Virus record (IMG/VR): IMGVR_UViG_3300030111_000059 | DNA: 6,757 nt | Reading direction: 5' to 3' (one strand) | DNA from: a virus | Position numbers and translations under genes: made by a program | Notes under the pieces: generated by a model | Seen by the model: the letters and a program-made list of their open reading frames with translations, nothing else | Databases searched by the model: none | Told to the model about the DNA's origin: nothing | Part shown: positions 1 through 4,842 of the stretch, piece after piece | Layout of the letters: every line of letters starts with the position of its first letter | Numbering within the stretch: the first letter of the stretch is position 1

Positions 1-90
1 AAATCCTCACCCGTTCGTTTTTTTCGCGATGAAGCGAGCGAAAAAAGCCGCTGCGGCTTGCGGTTTGCCCCCTGACCAAGGGAGAAATCA
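1..90. repeat. Direct terminal repeat, copy 1 (identical to 6668..6757); marks circular closure of a 6,667-bp genome
   Basis: Base-by-base comparison: aaatcctcacccgttcgtttttttcgcgatgaagcgagcgaaaaaagccgctgcggcttgcggtttgccccctgaccaagggagaaatca occurs at 1..90 and again at 6668..6757, exactly at the two window ends. Confidence 0.95.
17..48. other. Hairpin-forming inverted repeat GTTTTTTTCGC / GCGAAAAAAGC with a 10-nt loop, in the intergenic region (second copy at 6684..6715 inside the terminal repeat)
   Basis: Pairing read directly: 17-27 pairs with 38-48, about 11 bp plus one G-T, loop gatgaagcga. It is non-coding. Such hairpins in the ssDNA form are typical of inovirus intergenic regions. Confidence 0.5.
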
Positions 91-200
91 GTGATTGTCA
101 CGTTTTGAATCTAAAAGCGTATTGCCGATATCAGCGACTATGGCGAGAACGACGACAAAAAGAAGCCAGTATCCCAAGAAGGACATGGAATTTTCCATTT

Positions 201-572
201 TCAACTGCCTTGATACATGTGGGAATTCGGAGACGATGCCGCAACCTTGCTGGCCAAGGTCGATAACCAGACCTGCTGTTCTAGCTGATCGGGTGTGACT
301 GGACCACCAGACAGACGCCTAACCGCAATCTCACGGGCCTTGTCCTGGAGCATACAAACAATGGCAGTGTTCTCAGCCTCCGTAAGCAGAACGGCACCGG
401 GAACGAGCTTTGACGTAACGTTACCTTGCGCTAACTTCTGGCGCTCACGATAGGCGCGCTGTTTCTCGGCTGGCGTCATGGCTTTACCAGTCGAAGGGCG
501 ACCACGGCGCTTGCGCTGGGGAGGCTCATCCAGGGGGAGTGGATGAGTAGCTTTATCTGTCGGGTCGATCAT
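201..572 (-). CDS. 123-aa basic protein, putative DNA-binding or replication-regulatory protein (function unproven)
   Basis: ATG at 572 overlaps the stop of the upstream gene as ATGA (569-572), suggesting translational coupling. The N-terminal basic stretch is QRKRRGRPSTGKAMTPAEKQRAYRERQK. From memory this resembles the RGxP...MTxxEKQ...R basic motif of small plasmid copy-control regulators (CopB/RepA2, RepB-RCR_reg-like); this needs an HMM check. It is the last gene before the intergenic region. Confidence 0.6.
   Translation of the reverse strand: MIDPTDKATHPLPLDEPPQRKRRGRPSTGKAMTPAEKQRAYRERQKLAQGNVTSKLVPGAVLLTEAENTAIVCMLQDKAREIAVRRLSGGPVTPDQLEQQVWLSTLASKVAASSPNSHMYQGS
415..424. promoter_or_regulatory. 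Third copy of the 10-bp palindrome GTAACGTTAC (operator-like), inside the 123-aa gene
   Basis: Exact 11-mer GTAACGTTACC shared with 840..850 and 903..913. It lies in codons Q-G-N-V-T-S of the 123-aa ORF. Confidence 0.45.
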
Positions 573-808
573 GCTGCCGCTTCCTGAGCTTTCCAGATTG
601 CAACGTCTACATCATCGAAGTCCTCGATTTGCAAAAGCCCAGCCGCATACAGGGCTTGTGCGAAACCGCGCAGCCGGTCCGGCTTTAGCTCGCCGTTGAT
701 CGCGTCGTCTAGGTAGGTTTCGAGCACTTCATTTAACAGGCTCGTTCTGTCACGGCCTAGAAAGTGGCACAAATCGTTAAAAGCGGGGAGCAGGTTAAGG
801 CGTTTCAT
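569..808 (-). CDS. 79-aa ribbon-helix-helix (CopG/Arc-like) DNA-binding protein with an acidic C-terminal tail
   Basis: ATG at 808 is preceded by AAGGAG with a 6-nt spacer. The N-terminus MKRLNLLPAFNDLCHFLGRDRTSLLNEVLETYL fits the RHH pattern: a short beta strand, helix, G-x-x-R-S/T-x-L-L/I-x-E-x-L-x-x-Y-L. The C-terminus IEDFDDVDVAIWKAQEAAA is acidic. The 173-aa version in the ORF track is an upstream extension that runs through the promoter/operator region and into zot. Confidence 0.7.
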   Translation of the reverse strand: MKRLNLLPAFNDLCHFLGRDRTSLLNEVLETYLDDAINGELKPDRLRGFAQALYAAGLLQIEDFDDVDVAIWKAQEAAA

Positions 809-833
809 CACAGTCTCCTTGGTTCGTGCCCTA

Positions 834-863
834 ATTATAGTAACGTTACCGCAAATGTGATAA
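834..863 (-). promoter_or_regulatory. Candidate sigma70-type promoter for the 79-aa/123-aa operon
   Basis: Read on the minus strand: -35-like TTATCA (863..858), an 18-nt spacer, then a perfect -10 TATAAT (839..834). The predicted start is about 19 nt upstream of the ATG, so the leader contains the AAGGAG RBS. The palindrome GTAACGTTAC (840..849) directly abuts the -10. Confidence 0.5.
836..857. promoter_or_regulatory. 22-bp operator-like repeat, proximal copy (core palindrome GTAACGTTAC at 840..849)
   Basis: tatagtaacgttaccgcaaatg matches 899..920 (tatagtaacgttaccataaatg) at 20 of 22 positions. The core is a perfect 10-bp palindrome. Confidence 0.6.
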
Positions 864-898
864 TTGCATGTTGCTATCAGAGCAGAGCGTGCAATAGA

Positions 899-920
899 TA
901 TAGTAACGTTACCATAAATG
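899..920. promoter_or_regulatory. 22-bp operator-like repeat, distal copy (core palindrome at 903..912), overlapping the zot stop codon
   Basis: Same repeat as 836..857. The core centres are 63 bp apart. The TAA inside GGTAACG (911..909 on the minus strand) is the zot stop codon. Confidence 0.6.
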
Positions 921-2186
921 GCCGGGCTTGCCTGATCCGACCACGACAATATCCGAAGTAGAGGAACCCTCGAACTGGGCACCTCTGCCCATGCGATCAG
1001 CTCCAAGGCTATCGACGGTGCGTCGATCGACACGGCCACGGATGTCGATAGGCCACGATCTGGCGACGTAGGCGACGGATTGTTTCTCAAGCAAGAGACC
1101 GTATCCGGTCCTGGTCACAGTCCAGCCCAGGGCCTGAATCTCACTCACGCGAAAGCGTTCCTTGATGTGATAGGACGAGTCGAGCAGTTCGATCTCGCCC
1201 ATCAGTTCGCGTCCAGGCTTGTCGCTGTCCATGATGGCGGTCGCCCTGATCTGATACTGCTGGGCCATCTTGTCCAGGTAGTCGATTGGCGGCGGCAGGG
1301 CTTCGGCAGTCTGATCGGCATGCTCAGGTTTGGCAGTGACCAGGGCAGATGCCTGCATGCTCGGTGGCTCTGGATTGGTGAGGCCGGCCGATGGCTGCGG
1401 CCGCTCGACGGTGACAGCTTGCGACGGCTGAGTCGAGGCAACCGCGCCACCCGTGCCGGTGAAAAATCCATACAGGTGATACACGGCATAGAAAGCGCCG
1501 ACGAAGACGAACGGCACGCCCAGCGAGAGCAGCTTGGAGTTCTTGAGCACGTTGGTGCGCTCGGTCTGGTAGACGCTACCCTTGACCGTTTCGCGTCGGT
1601 GACTGGAGTAGAGGCCAAAGTAGTTCGTTTCATAGGAACGCACGCCAGAGCCGATCTTGACAAACTTTCCCTTAGCCTGTTTCTGCCACTGCTCCCACTT
1701 GTACTGGTTGGGGCGTCCGATGGCCTGAAGCTTGAGGAAGTAGATGATGTCCTCGATCCGGCTGCGGATGATCTTGTGAACGTCATCGCGGTCCTGACCC
1801 ATGATGACGATTTCGAGCCCTCGGTGACGATGCTCGGTCCAGAACTTCTGCTGATTGAGCGGGAGCTTATAGTTCCCGCTGGGAAAGTAGTCCTGGATTT
1901 CATCCCAAACAATCATCGCGTTGTCAGGCGTCTTGTCGGCGAACTCGTTCTTAACGCGCTCAACGTCACCGGCTGCGCCATCCTGCTCGGCAGGCTCGAC
2001 GTAGATCAGCAGCATGCGGACGTATTCGACAGGCTCGTCCAGCAGCTCGGCGAACTTCTCCCAGTTGATGCCACGAATATTGGTAACAACCTGACGTCCA
2101 GCTTTCAGGGCGGGCAGGATGTGAAAGACGCACGCCTCGTAGCTTTTGCCAGCACCTGGAAGACCTTCATGAAAGTGAATGGCCAT
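909..2186 (-). CDS. Zot-like / pI-type inovirus assembly ATPase (425 aa)
   Basis: The N-terminus MAIHFHEGLPGAGKSYEA contains Walker A (GAGKS). MIVWDEIQ is a Walker B-like motif. There is one central TM segment, LLSLGVPFVFVGAFYAVYHLYGFF, then a P/A/Q-rich linker and a C-terminal domain of about 130 aa. ATG at 2186 is preceded by GGAGG in the end of the upstream gene. The position after the pIII- and pVI-like genes is canonical. Confidence 0.92.
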   Translation of the reverse strand: MAIHFHEGLPGAGKSYEACVFHILPALKAGRQVVTNIRGINWEKFAELLDEPVEYVRMLLIYVEPAEQDGAAGDVERVKNEFADKTPDNAMIVWDEIQDYFPSGNYKLPLNQQKFWTEHRHRGLEIVIMGQDRDDVHKIIRSRIEDIIYFLKLQAIGRPNQYKWEQWQKQAKGKFVKIGSGVRSYETNYFGLYSSHRRETVKGSVYQTERTNVLKNSKLLSLGVPFVFVGAFYAVYHLYGFFTGTGGAVASTQPSQAVTVERPQPSAGLTNPEPPSMQASALVTAKPEHADQTAEALPPPIDYLDKMAQQYQIRATAIMDSDKPGRELMGEIELLDSSYHIKERFRVSEIQALGWTVTRTGYGLLLEKQSVAYVARSWPIDIRGRVDRRTVDSLGADRMGRGAQFEGSSTSDIVVVGSGKPGHLW

Positions 2187-2189
2187 CGG

Positions 2190-2483
2190 TTACCACCTCC
2201 CGAGCGTGATGGCCTTGCGGCCGAGGCGGAACATGTAGGCAGAGGCAATCATCGCGAATGCCTGCGTCAAGCCTGCTTCGGACATAAAGTAGCCGATGAA
2301 CTCCATAACAGGGCCCATCTGGTCGGAGATGGGCGTATCCATGAAGTCAGGCGGCGTGATCGTTTCGAGTACCGAGACGATGGCGTCTAGCAGGTCCTTG
2401 AGGATCGCGACGGGCTTGTCGTCCAGGTACTCGGTGGCGTCGTCCCAAAGACCTTTCCAGAAGGCCAGCGTGAAGAATTCCAT
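2190..2483 (-). CDS. 97-aa pVI-like minor virion protein (call is mainly positional)
   Basis: ATG at 2483 is preceded by GAGGTG, which overlaps the stop of the pIII-like gene. It ends 3 nt before the zot ATG. Its small size and hydrophobic C-terminal half (FIGYFMSEAGLTQAFAMIASAYMF) fit, and it occupies the slot between the adsorption protein and the Zot/pI gene. Confidence 0.6.
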   Translation of the reverse strand: MEFFTLAFWKGLWDDATEYLDDKPVAILKDLLDAIVSVLETITPPDFMDTPISDQMGPVMEFIGYFMSEAGLTQAFAMIASAYMFRLGRKAITLGRW

Positions 2484-2491
2484 GGGTCACC

Positions 2492-3871
2492 TCAGAGCAG
2501 AGCAATGCGGAATGCGAAGAAGCCAGCAGCGGCCAGAATGACGGCCTTGATGGCATTCCATGGGATATCGCCGTTGCATAGCTGATCAATGTCGATATCA
2601 AAGACCCAAACCGAGACCGACCAGCGAGGACAGGAGCCCGTAGCACGGAACGTCAGAAAGCTGCTGGTCTGCGACGCAACTGGGGTCTGCTGGACCTTGC
2701 CGACGAATTCGGTCAGCACGGATCCAAACGTATCGCCGGTCGGCGTGTACCAGTCCTGACCCTCTCCCCCGCCACCAGCGCCGCAATCGTCACCGGTGCA
2801 ATCACCTACACCGTCACCGTCACTGTCCGGGTTGCCCTTACCGGGGCAGGCTTCACCCTTGCAAGTGGACGATTCGCCGGTCTTGTTCCCGTTGGCGTCC
2901 TCGGTAGTGGTCTTGGTGGTCTCAGCCTTGGTAGTCGTGCAGTTGTTCACGCCGACACACTTGGTCACGGTCGCGATGTCTTTCTTGGTCGTCTTAACCG
3001 AGCCATCCGCAAGAATCTCTTTCGTAACCTCGGTGCGAATGTCGATCCCGTTTTTCTCGGGCAGCTTGGTCGTACAGAACTCGGAACCGTCCTCGAGAGT
3101 GGCGCAAATCTGGCCTTCAACTTCGTCGGTCTTGCTCGAAGTGCAAACCTCTTTCGAACCATCGGCAGCATAGATGCACGGCTGCTCATCCTTCAGGTTC
3201 TGCGGCTCAGGCGTCTCAATAGTGTCTTCAGGCACCAGATCGGAACCAGTGGGAGCGCCCTGCGGGCATTCAACGCCTGTATATCTACCAGTGCCCCGGC
3301 AAAAGTAGTTGCCATTGACGCGCGCAACACAGTCTCGTCGGGTAGTCTCAACAGCACAACCGGAAAAGCAGGCCCTCATACCGGGAAAGAACATGGGCTT
3401 TCCGTTAATCTCCCTGGTCATGCCAAACCCGTCATCGGACGTGCCAGACTTAGACCAGTTCATATCTTGGCCTTCCTTGTCCAAACATGCGTTGTCAGGC
3501 GCAGAGCAGGAGCCGATTGACGGATCATATTCGGTGCCTTCAGGACAAGACGTACCGCGACGATCAACGTAATACTGTTTCTTTTCAACGAGGTTGACCG
3601 AACCGTTAAACAACGGGCAAGAATCGACAGAATATTGAGAGGCCCAGCATTGTTGATATACGCACTGGGCTCTAATTTCGGAGACATCTTCAGAACGGAG
3701 ATATTTTAAATTCGGAGTTGATCCGGCAGAGCAGGCAGCAGCCTTATCAGGATATTGATTTAAGCTGCTGTTATTAAAAATCCAGTAATACGTTTGGGCA
3801 CTGGCAGGAGCATGCCAAAACAGCACTGGAATTAAGAAGCTGAAAAACCAACGATGATGGCGACCGCGCAT
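2492..3871 (-). CDS. 459-aa pIII-like adsorption / minor coat protein
   Basis: N-terminal signal peptide MRGRHHRWFFSFLIPVLFWHAPASA followed by QTYY (A-x-A site). The remaining sequence has 24 Cys. A D/G-rich linker (NPDSDGDGVGDCTGDDCGAGGGGEG) is present. The C-terminal hydrophobic anchor is AIKAVILAAAGFFAFRIALL. This architecture and the position after the major coat gene are typical of inovirus pIII. Confidence 0.8.
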   Translation of the reverse strand: MRGRHHRWFFSFLIPVLFWHAPASAQTYYWIFNNSSLNQYPDKAAACSAGSTPNLKYLRSEDVSEIRAQCVYQQCWASQYSVDSCPLFNGSVNLVEKKQYYVDRRGTSCPEGTEYDPSIGSCSAPDNACLDKEGQDMNWSKSGTSDDGFGMTREINGKPMFFPGMRACFSGCAVETTRRDCVARVNGNYFCRGTGRYTGVECPQGAPTGSDLVPEDTIETPEPQNLKDEQPCIYAADGSKEVCTSSKTDEVEGQICATLEDGSEFCTTKLPEKNGIDIRTEVTKEILADGSVKTTKKDIATVTKCVGVNNCTTTKAETTKTTTEDANGNKTGESSTCKGEACPGKGNPDSDGDGVGDCTGDDCGAGGGGEGQDWYTPTGDTFGSVLTEFVGKVQQTPVASQTSSFLTFRATGSCPRWSVSVWVFDIDIDQLCNGDIPWNAIKAVILAAAGFFAFRIALL

Positions 3872-3909
3872 AATGCACCCCAGAAGAACAGACCGAACTG
3901 AATGAGCAT
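3832..3909 (-). CDS. Possible 25-aa hydrophobic micro-ORF (MLIQFGLFFWGALCAVAIIVGFSAS), candidate minor virion or membrane protein
   Basis: Translated by hand; not in the ORF track. ATG at 3909 is preceded by GGGGG with a 6-nt spacer. The whole product could form a single TM helix. It overlaps the pIII-like start by 40 nt in another frame. The evidence is weak. Confidence 0.3.
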   Translation of the reverse strand: MLIQFGLFFWGALCAVAIIVGFSAS

Positions 3910-3919
3910 GTAGAACCCC

Positions 3920-3949
3920 CGAAACAAATGAGGCCCCCGAAGGAGCCTC
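3920..3949 (-). terminator. Intrinsic terminator or attenuator downstream of the major coat gene
   Basis: The minus-strand RNA is GAGGCUCC-UUCG-GGGGCCUC (8-bp stem including one G-U, UUCG tetraloop), followed by AUUUGUUU. It starts 17 nt after the coat gene stop. Ff phages have a terminator after gene VIII. Confidence 0.6.
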
Positions 3950-3966
3950 TAGCAGTGCAGCAACGG

Positions 3967-4101
3967 TTAGCGGAACCAGCCGATAACCTTGTTAAAGCCC
4001 CACTTGGCAACGCCCGGCAGGACCTTGATTGCGGCAATCGCGGTGATGGCGGCGACGATGGTTTCAGCGGATACAGCAGCGGTGATGGCGGAAAAATCCA
4101 T
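3967..4101 (-). CDS. Major coat protein, 44 aa, no leader peptide (MDFSAITAAVSAETIVAAITAIAAIKVLPGVAKWGFNKVIGWFR)
   Basis: Translated by hand; not in the ORF track. ATG at 4101 is preceded by GAGGAG with a 9-nt spacer. The layout is an acidic N-terminus (D2, E13), a hydrophobic core, and a basic/aromatic C-terminus (K33, W34, K38, W42, R44). That is the classic inovirus coat design. It lies immediately upstream of the pIII-like gene. Confidence 0.8.
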   Translation of the reverse strand: MDFSAITAAVSAETIVAAITAIAAIKVLPGVAKWGFNKVIGWFR

Positions 4102-4107
4102 GCGGTG

Positions 4108-4380
4108 TTACTCCTCGACGGTTAATGGTTCGGCGCGTGAGTTGATGTAACTCACAACAACGCCGAATCCCCAGGCGGTCAGCCAGAGGATCAGGGGCAG
4201 AGAAAACCCAGCCATGAAAGCTGACTGGATCGTCTCGGGATCGGGCATTGCAAAAAGAGCCGCCAGCGTCGGCGTTGCGGCGTATTCCTCAGCAGTCATG
4301 AGCGCGTAACCGGCGCAGGCAGGCGAGTACTCGCCAACCACACGGATCGAATCGGCTACGACCTCAACACAGAGACTCAT
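4108..4380 (-). CDS. 90-aa hypothetical membrane protein (C-terminal TM segment)
   Basis: ATG at 4380 overlaps the stop of the 32-aa ORF as ATGA. The TM-like segment is AGFSLPLILWLTAWGFGVVVSYI. Its last codons (GAG GAG TAA) provide the RBS for the coat gene. I recognise no functional motif. Confidence 0.6.
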   Translation of the reverse strand: MSLCVEVVADSIRVVGEYSPACAGYALMTAEEYAATPTLAALFAMPDPETIQSAFMAGFSLPLILWLTAWGFGVVVSYINSRAEPLTVEE

Positions 4381-4475
4381 GGCCGCAGCTCACGACGAAC
4401 GAAGGACAAAGCAACGACACCACCAGCAAGGGTGGCGAATAGCCAGAACGTGGCCGAGAGGCTGGCGGCAAACAT
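4377..4475 (-). CDS. 32-aa hydrophobic micro-ORF (MFAASLSATFWLFATLAGGVVALSFVRRELRP), pVII/pIX-like by size and position
   Basis: Translated by hand; not in the ORF track. The start overlaps the upstream stop as TGATG (4477..4473) and the stop overlaps the downstream start as ATGA (4380..4377). It has a single TM-like helix with a basic end. Ff pVII and pIX are 33 and 32 aa and sit between gene V and gene VIII. Confidence 0.55.
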   Translation of the reverse strand: MFAASLSATFWLFATLAGGVVALSFVRRELRP

Positions 4476-4807
4476 CAGGCGGTAGCCGGCTGCTGTTGAC
4501 GGGATACGGCGAACAGGTTCACGTTTTGAACCTTGGTCAAGCCGGTAAGCGTCAGGGTCGCTTTACCCTGCGCACCAGGACGGCTTCCAAAGTCCAAATC
4601 GAAGAGCGCGGGCAACTTGGCGTCGCGCAAGCGGTCAATCAGCGCACAATCGGCGCTAACCTTGGTGGGTTTGAATCCGAAACTACCGGCGGTATCTTCG
4701 CGGTAGTCGTTGACGTACCAGACGGAAAGACCCTTGCGAATTTCGCCGGTTTTTTCGTCGGGCATTTCCCAGCTATCACACGAAAGGATAAGGGCGCGCT
4801 CTGCCAT
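4475..4807 (-). CDS. 110-aa putative ssDNA-binding protein (gene V analogue; call is mainly positional)
   Basis: I prefer the ATG at 4807, preceded by GAGG with a 9-nt spacer, over the TTG at 4822 used in the ORF track. It is the first gene of the structural block after rep. The size and soluble, strand-rich-looking sequence are consistent with this call. I saw no diagnostic motif by eye. Confidence 0.55.
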   Translation of the reverse strand: MAERALILSCDSWEMPDEKTGEIRKGLSVWYVNDYREDTAGSFGFKPTKVSADCALIDRLRDAKLPALFDLDFGSRPGAQGKATLTLTGLTKVQNVNLFAVSRQQQPATA

Positions 4808-4842
4808 GACAAGAAACCTCAATTAATGGTCGGGGCACCTGA

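Larger units (their letters stand above)
1..200. other. Non-coding intergenic region, part B (continues from 6415..6667 across the circular junction)
   Basis: No convincing ORF. It lies between the stop of the last minus-strand gene (201) and the circular junction. It contains hairpins and a 6-2-6 inverted repeat ATGGAA-tt-TTCCAT at 185..198. Confidence 0.6.

Noticed and set aside
1-90. The 90-bp terminal repeats as attL/attR or LTR-like ends of an integrated element
   Set aside because: The repeats coincide exactly with the window termini, no flanking host sequence is present, and there is no integrase. Circular-assembly overlap is the simpler explanation. It cannot be formally excluded without the source reads.
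95-298. 67-aa plus-strand ORF starting with TTG in the intergenic region
   Set aside because: It has a non-ATG start and an odd composition, and it overlaps the tail of the 123-aa gene in antisense. A GGGAG does lie about 9 nt upstream, so it is not fully excluded. With no motif or coupling, I do not call it.
809-1090. N-terminal extension of the 79-aa gene to the 173-aa ORF given in the track
   Set aside because: The extension overlaps 182 nt of zot and reads straight through the TATAAT/operator repeats, which translate as GNVTI twice. It lacks an RBS, whereas the internal ATG at 808 has a perfect AAGGAG.
1202-1912. 236-aa minus-strand ORF nested out of frame inside zot
   Set aside because: It is a S/R/P/T-rich low-complexity translation, fully contained in the alternative frame of a gene with clear Walker motifs. 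There is no independent start context.
1080-2390. 436-aa plus-strand ORF, the longest on that strand
   Set aside because: It is entirely antisense to the well-supported zot and pVI-like genes. Its R/G/L/D/V-rich composition is typical of the antisense frame of GC-rich coding DNA. It has no recognisable motif and no RBS context.
2347-3687. Assorted 62-125-aa ORFs inside the pIII-like and pVI-like genes on both strands (for example 2347..2646, 2598..2786, 2796..3173, 2965..3189, 3309..3572, 3460..3687)
   Set aside because: All are nested in alternative or antisense frames of the long signal-peptide-bearing ORF. Their compositions are low in complexity and there is no start context.
3864-3873. 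GCGCATAATG, matching the XerC-arm end of the E. coli-type dif site and possibly an XerCD attP
   Set aside because: Only one arm matches. The central region and the XerD arm (TTATGTTAAAT-like) are absent. The site lies in the overlap of the pIII-like start codon and the 25-aa ORF, so it is most likely coincidental.
3774-4125. 87-aa minus-strand ORF (3774..4037) and 65-aa plus-strand ORF (3928..4125) overlapping the coat gene region
   Set aside because: They are in the wrong frame or strand relative to the RBS-supported 44-aa coat ORF. Their translations are Cys/Ser/Arg-rich or Gly/Asp-rich with no membrane or coat features.
4808-4822. TTG start at 4822 for the ssDNA-binding candidate (115-aa version)
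   Set aside because: The GAGG Shine-Dalgarno lies inside those five extra codons and is correctly spaced for the ATG at 4807, so the shorter 110-aa form is favoured.
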